DNA of 64,000 nucleotides from an uncultured delta proteobacterium (GTDB lineage Bacteria; Myxococcota; UBA727; VGSZ01), in contig CAVZJB010000016.1 of the NCBI GenBank assembly GCA_963775425.1, positions 288,001-352,000 of the forward strand, read 5' to 3'. The position numbers and the translations under genes are program-made. Positions 18,433 through 30,787 of the stretch are shown piece by piece. Each line of letters begins with the position of its first letter. Position 1 is the stretch's first letter. The notes beneath the pieces are model-generated. The model made no database searches. It saw only the letters and a list, made by a program, of their open reading frames with translations, and was not told where the DNA came from.

Positions 18433-21111
18433 ATGTTTTTGCGAATCACCCTCCTCTTCTCGCTGCTGGCGCCGCTGGCGTTCGGCGCGTGCACCTGTGG
18501 CACCGGCACCCCGGAGAACACCCCCGAAATCTGCGACAACCGCGACGACGACGACAACGACGGCGCCGTGGACTGCGAGGACTCGGACTGCGCCAACGAC
18601 CCGGCGTGTCAGCTCCTCGGCGAAGGCGAGGGTGAGGGCGAGGGCGAAGGCGAGGGCGAAGGCGAGGGCGAGGGCGAGCAGCCGGTCTGCGGCGACGGCG
18701 TCGCCACCGGCGCCGAGCAGTGCGACGGGACGGACCTGCGCGGCGCGAGCTGCGCCAGCCTCGGCTTCGCCGGCGGCAACCTCGGCTGCAACGTGGCCTG
18801 CTCCTTCAACACCAACGGCTGCTCCGGCGGCGGCGAAGGCGAAGGCGAAGGCGAGGGCGAGGGCGAGGGCGAAGGCGAAGGCGAGATCGGCGCCGCCGCC
18901 CAGGCCGTCTGCGACCACGTCATCACCGACTGCGGCGCGGCCCTCGACCCGGCCACGTGCGCGTCCGACGAGCAGGGCGGGCTCGACGCCGCCCGCGGCG
19001 TCGGCGACGCCACCTGCAACAGCGCCGCCGACGCGCTCGAGGCCCTCCTCACCTGCGAGTCCACCGCCGCGTGCACGGACCTGCAAAACGGCACCGACTG
19101 CCCCACGGAGTCCGCCGCCCTCGACGACCTCGTGAACAACGGCGCCGCGCCCTGCTTCGACGGCAACCCCCCGGTCACCATCCCGCCGGAGTGGACCTGC
19201 CCCGCGGCGTTCTTCGGCTCCGGTGACGGCTGCGACTGCGGCTGCGGCGCGCTCGACCCCGACTGCCAGGCCGACAGCCAGACCGACGGCTGCGCCGACC
19301 CGGGCTGCGGCATCGACAGCGTCGTCGACGGCTGCAGCTTCTGCTACGCCGACGCGGCCGCCGCCGCCGCCGGCACCGACACCGCTTGCGCCGACGGCGG
19401 CGAGGGCGAAGGCGAAGGCGAAGGCGAGGGCGAGGGCGAGGGCGAAGGCGAAGGCGAAGGCGAGCCCATCGTCGACGAAGCCAACAACACCCCGCAGACG
19501 GCCACCCCGTTCGGCAACCTCCCGGGCACCCAGGTGTTCGACCTCAACCCCGCCGGCGACATCGACTGCTGGTCGTTCACGCTCGCCAACGCCTCGCTCG
19601 TGTCCTTCGTGATGACCGACGGCACCAACAACGCCTGCCTGTCGCCGTACGACCCGGTGCTCGACCTCTTCGACTCGAGCTTCAACCCCGTCACCGAGAT
19701 CGACGACAGCAACGGCGGCGCCGACCGCTGCGGCGACGCCGCGGGCGTCGCGCTCCCGGCGGGCACGTTCGAGGCGTGCGTGGCGGACTTCGATCCCACG
19801 GGCGGAAACGGCGACAACACCGAGCTCGGCGTCACCCTCACCATCAGCGCCAGCGACGCGCCGGGCAACGACGAAGCCGGCAACACGCCGGAGACGGCCA
19901 CGCCCCTCGGGCCGCTCCCCGCCAACAAGACCTTCAACCTCGACCCCGCGGGCGACGTCGACTGCTGGTCCTTCGACCTGGCGCTCGACTCCACCGTCGA
20001 CATCGTCACCGACAACGGCAGCAACACCTGCAGCACCGCCAGCTTCGACACCGACGTCTTCCTGTTCGACAGCGCCGGGCAGCAGATCACCGAGGTCGAC
20101 GACACGGGCGGCCCCGGCGGCGACGCGTGCGGCGACATCCTCGGCCAGGACCTGGCCGCGGGCTCGTACGAGGTGTGCGTGCACGAGTTCCTCGACGACG
20201 ACACGCTGACCGGCGTCACCCTCGCCGTCACCGCCACCGCGGGCGACGACTTCGGCGGCCTGCAGAACCCCACCCGCGAGGAGTTCCCCTTCCCCGACCA
20301 GCTCGTGGCCAACCTCGACTTCGCCGGCGACCAGGACTGCTTCGCGGTCACCACGCCCGTGGTCGGCTCCGTGGTGTTCCTCACGGACAACGGCCCGCCG
20401 AGCTTCAACGGCTGCCCCGGTGACACGCAGCTCACGCTGTTCGACGACACCGGCGCCGTGGTCGATCAGAACGACGATGACACCACCGGCGGCAACAGCC
20501 CGTGCTCGTTCATGTTCACCGACGTCGACGCCGGCAGCTACACGGTGTGCGTCGACGCCTTCAACGGCACCGACCTCATCAGCGGCATCGGCGTCTTCGG
20601 CGACTTCGTCCCCGGCCTGCTCATCAGCGAGGTCGCGGACCCGGCCACGCCGTCCTCGGGCGGGGCGCGCTTCGTCGAGCTGCTGAACGTCACCAGCGTC
20701 GACGGCACCTTGAAGAGCACCAACCTGCAGCGCTTCTCCAACGGCCGCGACACCTCGACCCCCGTCGCCATCCCCGACGGCTCGGTGGTGCCCGCGGGCG
20801 GCCGGTTCGTCATCGCCAACAACCGCGCGGACTTCGAGGCCGACTTCGGCACCGGCGTCGCGGACATCTTCACCGCGGGCGTCTCCGGCAACGGCAACGA
20901 CGTGTACCTGCTGCGCGCCAACGGCGTCGACATCGACATCTTCGGCCGCGTCGGCGAGGGCGGCGCCGCCGGGTTCGATTGGGACTACACAAACGGCGTG
21001 GCCACCCGCGGCGCCGGCGTCGTCGCTCCCACCACCACGTTCGACGTCACCGAGTGGACCATCAAGCAGGACGCCGTGGTGCCCGACGACTTCTCGCCCG
21101 GCGCCCCGTGA
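18433..21111 (+). CDS. Cys-rich lipoprotein paralogue with three (GE)n linkers, three PPC-like domains and a lamin-tail-like domain
   Basis: GAGGA RBS; AFGAC lipobox; CGDG..EQCDG module; WTC..FFGSGDGCDCGCG motif; GD.DC repeats; LISEVAD..FVELLN. Confidence 0.8.
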   Translation: MFLRITLLFSLLAPLAFGACTCGTGTPENTPEICDNRDDDDNDGAVDCEDSDCANDPACQLLGEGEGEGEGEGEGEGEGEGEQPVCGDGVATGAEQCDGTDLRGASCASLGFAGGNLGCNVACSFNTNGCSGGGEGEGEGEGEGEGEGEGEIGAAAQAVCDHVITDCGAALDPATCASDEQGGLDAARGVGDATCNSAADALEALLTCESTAACTDLQNGTDCPTESAALDDLVNNGAAPCFDGNPPVTIPPEWTCPAAFFGSGDGCDCGCGALDPDCQADSQTDGCADPGCGIDSVVDGCSFCYADAAAAAAGTDTACADGGEGEGEGEGEGEGEGEGEGEGEPIVDEANNTPQTATPFGNLPGTQVFDLNPAGDIDCWSFTLANASLVSFVMTDGTNNACLSPYDPVLDLFDSSFNPVTEIDDSNGGADRCGDAAGVALPAGTFEACVADFDPTGGNGDNTELGVTLTISASDAPGNDEAGNTPETATPLGPLPANKTFNLDPAGDVDCWSFDLALDSTVDIVTDNGSNTCSTASFDTDVFLFDSAGQQITEVDDTGGPGGDACGDILGQDLAAGSYEVCVHEFLDDDTLTGVTLAVTATAGDDFGGLQNPTREEFPFPDQLVANLDFAGDQDCFAVTTPVVGSVVFLTDNGPPSFNGCPGDTQLTLFDDTGAVVDQNDDDTTGGNSPCSFMFTDVDAGSYTVCVDAFNGTDLISGIGVFGDFVPGLLISEVADPATPSSGGARFVELLNVTSVDGTLKSTNLQRFSNGRDTSTPVAIPDGSVVPAGGRFVIANNRADFEADFGTGVADIFTAGVSGNGNDVYLLRANGVDIDIFGRVGEGGAAGFDWDYTNGVATRGAGVVAPTTTFDVTEWTIKQDAVVPDDFSPGAP

Positions 21112-21938
21112 GCCGAACGTCGCTCGTCGCCGTCGGTCAGATGACGTCGACGAGCGACGTCGACAACAACGTCGCCCTGTGCGCCGAGCTCGCCGAGCGA
21201 GCTCGGACGCGCGGGGCGGCGCTGTTGTGTCTGCCGGAGTGCTTCGCCTTCATGGGGGCCTCGGACGCGGACACCCGCCGCGTGATGGAGCCGCTCGACG
21301 GGCCGCTGTTCGCGCGCTTCCGCGAGGTCGCGCGCGAGGCGGGCATCTGGGTGAGCTTCGGCGGCTTCCCCGAGAAGATCGACGACGAGCACAACCACAA
21401 CGCCCACGTCGTCGTAGACGACACCGGCGCGGTGCGCGCGGTGTACCGCAAGATCCACCTGTTCGACGTCACGCTGCCGTCGGGCACCGTGTACCGCGAG
21501 AGCGCGGTCACGCAGTCCGGCGGCGACGTCGTCGTCACCGATAGCCCCGCGGGGCGCCTGGGCCTCAGCGTCTGCTACGACCTGCGCTTCCCCGAGCTCT
21601 ACCGCGGCCTCGCCGATCCCGCGCGCGACGGCCGCGGCGCCCAGGTGTTGCTCGTGCCCGCCGCGTTCACGCTGGTGACGGGCAAGGAGCACTGGGAGGC
21701 GCTGCTGCGCGCCCGCGCCATCGAGAACCAGTGCTACGTCGTCGCCGCCGCGCAGACCGGGCACCACAACGACAGGCGGGACACGTTCGGGCACGCCATG
21801 GTCGTCGACCCGTGGGGCACCGTCGTCGCCCAGTGTCGCGACGGCCTCGGCGTCGCGTTCGCGGAGATCGACCTCGACTTCCTCGACGACGTCCGCGCGC
21901 GCCTCCCCGTGTGGAGCCACCGGCGCTCCCTGCCCTGA
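21108..21938 (+). CDS. carbon-nitrogen hydrolase (Nit1/deaminated glutathione amidase-like)
   Basis: LPE, YRKIHLFD and CYDLRFPE triad motifs; LRARAIENQCY; GTG start overlaps the upstream stop. Confidence 0.92.
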   Translation: MSRTSLVAVGQMTSTSDVDNNVALCAELAERARTRGAALLCLPECFAFMGASDADTRRVMEPLDGPLFARFREVAREAGIWVSFGGFPEKIDDEHNHNAHVVVDDTGAVRAVYRKIHLFDVTLPSGTVYRESAVTQSGGDVVVTDSPAGRLGLSVCYDLRFPELYRGLADPARDGRGAQVLLVPAAFTLVTGKEHWEALLRARAIENQCYVVAAAQTGHHNDRRDTFGHAMVVDPWGTVVAQCRDGLGVAFAEIDLDFLDDVRARLPVWSHRRSLP

Positions 21939-22034
21939 GCCGCAGAGGGGCACATCGCACACCGGCGCGAGGCGCTTCCCGATCCGGGTCGGGGGCGCTA
22001 AGCGGGGCGCACACCCGTTTCAACCCCGGAGACG

Positions 22035-23471
<1,437 letters not shown>

Positions 23472-23472
23472 A

Positions 23473-23984
23473 AGGCTGACGAAAAATATCGCTCGGTGCA
23501 GCACTCGGCGAAGCCGCCCACAAGGTGGCTCGCCGCGCGGAGTACGTGGCGAGGCACGTCGGCGCGGACTTCAGGCGGTGAGCTTCGCGAGGTTCTGCAG
23601 CAGGTTGAAGGCCACGGCTGCCATCAGGGTGAGGAGCTTGTCGAACGCGGCGCCGTGATCGACGCGGAACCTGGCGATGACGTCGTGCGCCGACGATAAA
23701 ACGGAAGGCGTCGTCGTTCGTCGTCAGCCGCGCGATCTCCCGGGCGCTCCCGATCCTTGGCCTATCGCGTACAGCCACAGCGTCAGGAGCATCCGCGGGC
23801 TCGTCATCGGGCGCCCACCGCCAAGCTGCACGGCCTTGGCGCTCGCTGTGAACCCGTCGAGGTCGCGCCCACCGAGCACACGGTCGATCAGGCGAGCCAG
23901 GGGCTCGGGGCCGATGAGGTCGTCCACGGCCTGGGTCTTCAGCTTGGGCGCTCGGAATCAGCGAAGGCGAGACAACGTCGCCAC
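23473..23984 (-). mobile_element. degenerate, internally deleted IS1182-like transposase remnant
   Basis: Across frameshifts: DDLIGPEPLARLI..GRPMTSPRMLLTLWLYA / IGSAREIARL..DDAFRFI / IARFRVDH..FDKLLT joined to LMAAVAFNLLQ..stop (23571); AT-rich AGGCTGACGAAAAA at 23473 is a candidate end. Confidence 0.75.
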
Positions 23985-24097
23985 CGCCGGAGCTCCTTTC
24001 CGCTCCGCCGTGGCTCGGATCAACGGTCCATCGGGCTCCCCGCGGCCCCTCCGCCGCACACATTGGCAGCCGCTGCCCGCCGCACTACCCCGCAGGG

Positions 24098-25261
24098 GTG
24101 CGCGCCCTCGCCGCGTCCAGCGCTGCCTCGCTGCCCGCCGACGCGGTGCTGCAGGTGGGGGAGCGCCTGCGCGCCCTGCAGCTCGACCGGAGCGCCCCGT
24201 CGTGCGCGCTCGTCTTCGCCACCACGCACCTCGCGCGCGACCCGGTGGCGCTGTCGGCGGCCGTGCGCGACCTCCTCGGTGACGACGTGCCTTTCGTCGG
24301 CTTCGTCGGCCGCACCGCCGTTCACGACGCGCGCCTGCGCGAGCGCAAGCCCGCGCTCTCGATGCTCGTGCTCGAAGGCGCCCGCGGCGACGCCCGCACC
24401 GCCGCCCTCGCCGGCGCCGCCGCCGACGTCGCCGGCGGCCTCCTCGCCGACGCCCCCCGCGGCGCCTCTCGCTTCCTCTCCGTCGCCGCCGACGCCGGCA
24501 CCCCCGGCGCCCTCCTCGACTTCCTCCCCGCCCTCGACGACCAGCACGTCCCCGTCGCGGGCTGCCTCTCGGTCCCGCCCGCGGGCCAGCGCCCGAGCAT
24601 CCTCGCCGCCGAGCTCCCCCGCAGCGGCGACGGGCCCGAGCCCGCCGCCGCCCTCCTCGACGTCGACGGCGTCAGCGCCGTCCTCGGCGTCGCCCAGGCC
24701 GCCCGCCCCCTCGGCCCCGCGCGCTCGGTCACCGCCGCCACCGGCAACGTCATCCAGGAGCTCGACGGCCGCCCGGCGGTGGAGGCCCTGCTGCGCGACC
24801 TGCCCGCGTCGCTGCGCAGCCGCATCCCCCAGCTCGGCGGCGCGCTCTGCGCCGGCATCGGCACCGCCGGCGGCGAAGCGCTGCTCATGCGCCACGTCGT
24901 CGGCCTCGACCCCACCACCGGCGCCGTCGCCGTCGCCGGCGTCGCCCGCGTCGGCGCCGAGATCGTCTTCACGATGCGCGACCGCACCGCCGCACGCCAC
25001 GACCTCCTCGACGTCATCGACGGGCTCGAGGACGTCCTCGGCGGCACGCGCCCCCTGGCGTTCGTCCTGTTCGACTGCGCCGCGCGCGACGGCGGCCTCT
25101 TCGGCGTGCAGAACCACGACGCGCAGCAACTGCTCGCGCGCTTCGGCACGGATGTCCCCGTCGTCGGCGTCGCCGGCGGCGGCGAGCTGTGCACGTACGG
25201 CGCCGCCACCTACCTGTTCGGGATGAGCTGCGTCGTCGCCGCGTTGATCCCTGCCGCGTGA
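24098..25261 (+). CDS. FIST N/C signal transduction domain protein
   Basis: VAQAARPLG..VTAATGNVIQELDGRPA, RHVVGLD, FDCAARD, GGEL motifs. Confidence 0.88.
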   Translation: MRALAASSAASLPADAVLQVGERLRALQLDRSAPSCALVFATTHLARDPVALSAAVRDLLGDDVPFVGFVGRTAVHDARLRERKPALSMLVLEGARGDARTAALAGAAADVAGGLLADAPRGASRFLSVAADAGTPGALLDFLPALDDQHVPVAGCLSVPPAGQRPSILAAELPRSGDGPEPAAALLDVDGVSAVLGVAQAARPLGPARSVTAATGNVIQELDGRPAVEALLRDLPASLRSRIPQLGGALCAGIGTAGGEALLMRHVVGLDPTTGAVAVAGVARVGAEIVFTMRDRTAARHDLLDVIDGLEDVLGGTRPLAFVLFDCAARDGGLFGVQNHDAQQLLARFGTDVPVVGVAGGGELCTYGAATYLFGMSCVVAALIPAA

Positions 25262-25296
25262 CGACGTCCGCGCACAGGGCGCCGCCGATGACGCGC

Positions 25297-26244
25297 TCAG
25301 ATGGGATCGGGCACGCGCTCGTCGGGGACCTGCGCCACGAGGAACTCGCGGAGCTCCGGCCACGGCTGCACGAGCGCGCGGACCTCGGCGCCGAAGGGCC
25401 GGGCCCCGGCGAGCAGGCGCTCCACGCGCGCCGACGCCCCCGCGCCCTCGGCGCGGTCGAGGCAGTACGCCAGCAGCACCCGCTGGGCCTTCATCGCGTC
25501 GCCGCTCGCGGTGGTCTCCAGCCGCTCCCAATGCTTGTCGAGGAGCGCCGCGGCCTCGCCGAAGCGGCCCTGGCGCGCCCGCAGCACGGCGGTGACGACG
25601 TCGGCGGTGTGCTCCTGCACGATGTTGCGCTTCTTGTTGCCGAGCGCGAGCCAGTCCTCGGCGGCCGCGGTCTCGCCGAGCACGGCGTAGGCGCGCGCGA
25701 TGTGAAACGGGATGGCCTCGGCGAGGTGGGGCTGAAAGCGGCGGATGGACCGGCTCCTCGACGCCACCGCCAACAGCTCGAGCTGCCCCTCGACGTCGCC
25801 GCGCAGGCCCTTTACGCCCGCGAGCTGCAGGACGGCGAGCCCGTGGATCTGCTCGTTGCCGCGATTTCGGTGCGCGATCTCCGTGAGGAGCGTCGCCGCG
25901 TCGACCAGGCGCCGCTCCTGCGTGAGCGCGCCCGCGGCGCCGAGCCTCTTGTTGGCCGCGCGGATGTGGCGGCGCAGATAGAGCCCCGGCACCAGCAGCG
26001 TCATCACGGGGAGGATGAGCAGCGCGGGCGAAAGCGCCGACAGCGGCACCGCGGCGAGCACGCTCGCGACGATGGCAGCGCCGTAGAGGGCGCCGAAGCG
26101 GCCGAGGGCGGGCTTGCGCAGCGCCTTGTCCGCCGGCGGCGGCGGGTAGACCAGGCCGCCCTGCACGGTCCGCGGCGGCGGGGGCACGGTCAACGCCGCG
26201 ACCGGCGCGCCCTGGCCGGTCGAGGGCCCGCCGGCGGAGCTCAT
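25297..26244 (-). CDS. hypothetical membrane protein with TPR-like helical region
   Basis: ATGA overlap with the ACAD stop; two TM helices then Ala/Leu-rich helices. Confidence 0.6.
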   Translation of the reverse strand: MSSAGGPSTGQGAPVAALTVPPPPRTVQGGLVYPPPPADKALRKPALGRFGALYGAAIVASVLAAVPLSALSPALLILPVMTLLVPGLYLRRHIRAANKRLGAAGALTQERRLVDAATLLTEIAHRNRGNEQIHGLAVLQLAGVKGLRGDVEGQLELLAVASRSRSIRRFQPHLAEAIPFHIARAYAVLGETAAAEDWLALGNKKRNIVQEHTADVVTAVLRARQGRFGEAAALLDKHWERLETTASGDAMKAQRVLLAYCLDRAEGAGASARVERLLAGARPFGAEVRALVQPWPELREFLVAQVPDERVPDPI

Positions 26245-27392
26245 GGCCCGAGGACCTCGCGGGCGATCACGATGCGCTGCACCTCGCTGGTGCCCTCGTA
26301 GATGCGCGTGACGCGCGCGTCCCGGTACAGGCGCTCGATGGGGAAGTCCTCGACGTAGCCGTAGCCGCCGTGGAGCTGCAGCATGCGATCGACGACGCGG
26401 CCGCAGGCCTCGGACGCGAACAGCTTGGCCATCGACGACGCCACCGCCGTGCGCTCCGCGCCCGCGTCCTTGGCCGCCGCCGCGCTCAACAGCAGGAGCC
26501 AGGACTGCTCGACGTCGAGGGCGGAGTCCGCGAGGGCGAACTGGGTCGCTTGAAATGCCGTGAGCGGCTTGCCGAAGGTCCGGCGCTCCTGCGCGTACTT
26601 GACGCCCTCGGCGAGGGCGGCCTCCGCGATGCCGAGCGCCTGCGCCGCGATGCCGAGGCGGCCGCCGTCGAGGGCGCCGAGGGCGATGCCGTAGCCGCGA
26701 TCGACGTCGCCGAGCACCTGCCTGGCGGGCACCCGGCAGTCCTCGAAGTGAAGCTGCGCGGTGTTGCTCGCGCGCAGCCCCATCTTCTTTTCCTCCTTGC
26801 CCGCGAACAGGCCCTTTTGGCCTTGCTCGACGAGGAAGCAGGTGATGCCGCGGCTGCCCTTGTCCGGCGACGTCTTGGCGAACACCAGGTGGATGCCGGC
26901 GAACCCGCCGTTGGTGATCCACTGCTTGCTGCCGTTCAGGACGTAGTCGCCGCCGTCCTTCACCGCCGTCGTCGACAGCGCGCTGGCGTCGCTGCCGCAG
27001 TGGGGCTCCGACAGGGCGAAGGTGCCGGCGCCGAGCTTGCCCGCGAGGTACGGCTCGAGCCACCGCGATTTCTGCGCCGCCGTGCCGTGGCGCGCCAGGA
27101 TGTCGGCGGCGAGGTTGCAGACCGCCATGGTCACGCCCGTGGACGCGCAGGCCCGCGACACCTCGCTGACGGCCATGACGTAGCTCGTCATGTCCGCGCC
27201 GGCCCCGCCGTCGTCGAGCGGGACCTTGATGCCGAGCAGGCCGAGCGCGCCGAGCTGCGGGATGAGGTCGGCGGGGAAGCGGCCGGTGCGATCCCGCTTG
27301 TGTGCGTCGGGCGCCACGCGCTTGTCGGCGAAGTCGCGCGCGGTCTCCCAGATGAGCTGCTGCTCGTCGGTGAGCGGGACGGAGCCGATCAT
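26241..27392 (-). CDS. acyl-CoA dehydrogenase
   Basis: [51 protein letters not shown]. Confidence 0.95.
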   Translation of the reverse strand: MIGSVPLTDEQQLIWETARDFADKRVAPDAHKRDRTGRFPADLIPQLGALGLLGIKVPLDDGGAGADMTSYVMAVSEVSRACASTGVTMAVCNLAADILARHGTAAQKSRWLEPYLAGKLGAGTFALSEPHCGSDASALSTTAVKDGGDYVLNGSKQWITNGGFAGIHLVFAKTSPDKGSRGITCFLVEQGQKGLFAGKEEKKMGLRASNTAQLHFEDCRVPARQVLGDVDRGYGIALGALDGGRLGIAAQALGIAEAALAEGVKYAQERRTFGKPLTAFQATQFALADSALDVEQSWLLLLSAAAAKDAGAERTAVASSMAKLFASEACGRVVDRMLQLHGGYGYVEDFPIERLYRDARVTRIYEGTSEVQRIVIAREVLGP

Positions 27393-27417
27393 GCGGTCCT
27401 CTTTGCTGGCGGGCACG

Positions 27418-28080
27418 TCACAGCGACTCCGTGCCCTTCGTTTGCGCCGGGGTCATCACCGACGGCCCGGTCTGATCCACGAGGCGGCCGTCGGCGTCGA
27501 CGCCGATGCCGAGCCGGTCCGAGAGCGCCTGCGGGTACGTGCGCGCGGCGCGGTCGGCGGCCTCGCCGGCCGCGTTGGCGTCCTTGCCGACGATGGCGAC
27601 GTCGAGCAGGCCGAGCCCGAGGCCGCCCACGCCAAGGACACCGGCGCCGATGGCGATGGCGACGACGGCGCCCGTCTGCTGGTCGTCGGGGATGGGCAGC
27701 ACGAGGGGGACGAGCATCCCGACGAGGCCCGCGAGGCCGGCGCCCATGCCGATGCTGCTGGCGTCGGCGAGCCACGCGTAGTCCTCGACCTTCTTGCGCG
27801 CGGCCACGTGGTCGCGGATGGCCATGGCGGCGGGGGACTTGTCGTCGACGGCGGGCAGCAGGTCCTCCGGCCAGTACACGCGCTCGCCGCCGTGGAGGAA
27901 CATGTGGTCCGCCTCGCGCGTGTCGAGGGCGTAGGTCTTGTAGTACTGCGCCCGCGCCGCATACGGCGACGTCGGCGACGGCGCCCGCGGGATCTCCACG
28001 TGCGGGTTGGGCGTGGCGCAGCCGCTCCCGGCGACGAGAGCGACGACAACGACGACGACGAGGATCCGCCGCGCGCTCAC
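27418..28080 (-). CDS. hypothetical lipoprotein with two C-terminal hydrophobic helices
   Basis: GTGA overlap; VAGSGC lipobox; Gly-rich TM hairpin; architecture like 14102-14836. Confidence 0.65.
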   Translation of the reverse strand: MSARRILVVVVVVALVAGSGCATPNPHVEIPRAPSPTSPYAARAQYYKTYALDTREADHMFLHGGERVYWPEDLLPAVDDKSPAAMAIRDHVAARKKVEDYAWLADASSIGMGAGLAGLVGMLVPLVLPIPDDQQTGAVVAIAIGAGVLGVGGLGLGLLDVAIVGKDANAAGEAADRAARTYPQALSDRLGIGVDADGRLVDQTGPSVMTPAQTKGTESL

Positions 28081-28543
28081 CAGTAGCTCCGCATGAGCTC
28101 GGTGGCCCACGCCGGCTGGCGCACCTCGCCGCGCGGGAGGAATTCGCGCATGACGGGCTTGATGTCGACGACGGGGGTGCCGTCGACGGCGTCGAGGCCC
28201 TCCACCTCGAGCACGGGACCTTCGACGCGCTTGATGCGGCAGGTGGTGACCCCCACGCGGTTGGGGCGCTTCTTGCCGCGCTGGGCGAAGATGCCGACCG
28301 CGGGCCAGTCCGTGCGCCCGCGGGGGTGGCGCGCGCCGGTGACGGCGGCGGCGGGGTCGACGCGGTCGAAGACGTAGACGACGTCGACGTGCGAAAAGCC
28401 CTCGAGGCCCGCGAGCGCGTCGGCGCCGAACGGCGGGGCGAGCTCGATGCGCGCGGTCTCCGCGTCCCAGCCGTCGTCGCGCGGCTCCTTGCGGGTGCTG
28501 CGCACGACGCCGACGGGCGCGATGGAGAAGCCGAGCGCGTCCA

Positions 28544-28547
<4 letters not shown>
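28077..28547 (-). CDS. TrmO/TsaA (UPF0066) family SAM-binding protein
   Basis: [40 protein letters not shown]. Confidence 0.85.
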
Positions 28548-29683
<1,136 letters not shown>

Positions 29684-29724
29684 GCCCGCCGCTTAGCGCA
29701 GCAAATCGCCCTCGTCGACGGGCG

Positions 29725-30633
29725 TCACCCGCACGAGCCGGTGCATCTGGTGAACGTGCGCAGCCCGTCGCTGCGCCCGATCTGGAGGTCGGCGAGGGTG
29801 ACCTGGCCCGCCTTCACCGAGATGGGAGCGGAGGCGATGAGGCGGAAGCTGTCGCCGTCCTTCACGTAGCCGTCGACGGTCCAGTCGCCGGGCGGCACGT
29901 TGACGCCGAAGAAGAACCCGTCGGCGGTGGTGGAGCGGACGAACGCGCTCGGCAGCTCGTTGTCGGTGTAGCCCGACGAGAACGCCTTCGGCACGGAGCA
30001 GTTGTCGTCGTGCACGAGGATCTGGACCTTGTCGACGGCGACGTCGCCGTCGCAGCCGGCGACCTTGCCGAACAGGAAGCCATTTTCGTCCTTGAGGTCC
30101 ACGCCGAGGATGAGCGTGACGAGGCTGAGCGTGCCGTTGGCGACGTTTCGGAAGTCGAACGTGGGGGCGGCGCCGGCGTCGCCGGGCTCGAGGACCACGT
30201 GCTGGCCGACCGTGACGCGGGAGTCGTTGTCGTTCCTGTCGTTGACGTAGGCGATGGGCGCGCAGAGCGGGACGTCGTCGTGCGAGAGGTTGCCGTCGGC
30301 GTCGGAGGTGGCGCTCCAGTCCGGGGCGGCGGTGAGGTCGTCGCCGGCGAAGAAGTCGACGCTCATGCCGCCGACGGGATCCTTGGACTGATGATCGACG
30401 GTGCGCGCGTCGAGAGTGGCGGCGACCGCGCAGGACGCGTCAAAGGGGTCCTCGTCGGTGAGCGCGCCGGCGGCGCACGACAAATCGGCTTCGGGCGCGG
30501 GCTCGTCGGCGAGGAACTGGCTGAACCAGTCGCCGTCGCAGGTGTTGTTCTCGGGCACGGGCTGCTTGCAGCCGAAGACACCCATCAGCGGCACGAGGCC
30601 CACGACGACGACGAACGACCCGAACAAACGCAT
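29725..30633 (-). CDS. hypothetical lipoprotein with beta-sandwich (carboxypeptidase-regulatory-like) domains
   Basis: VFGC lipobox; DGFFFGVNVPPGDWTV; alternative start GTG 30645. Confidence 0.65.
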   Translation of the reverse strand: MRLFGSFVVVVGLVPLMGVFGCKQPVPENNTCDGDWFSQFLADEPAPEADLSCAAGALTDEDPFDASCAVAATLDARTVDHQSKDPVGGMSVDFFAGDDLTAAPDWSATSDADGNLSHDDVPLCAPIAYVNDRNDNDSRVTVGQHVVLEPGDAGAAPTFDFRNVANGTLSLVTLILGVDLKDENGFLFGKVAGCDGDVAVDKVQILVHDDNCSVPKAFSSGYTDNELPSAFVRSTTADGFFFGVNVPPGDWTVDGYVKDGDSFRLIASAPISVKAGQVTLADLQIGRSDGLRTFTRCTGSCG

Positions 30634-30787
30634 GCTGTCCCCCACGCGCCGCGTCTATCGAGCGCGCGCTCGTGGCACAACCGGGCGCATCGGTCGCTCG
30701 CCCGGCGGTCGCTCCGTCACTCGCATCGTCCGTCGCGGCGATGCTCCCCGGCCGCACGGGGTGCGCACGGGGCACGAAAACCTCCGC

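Noticed and set aside
24061-24071. Right terminal inverted repeat of the IS remnant
   Set aside because: Only about 5 bp match the candidate left end, and no target duplication is evident
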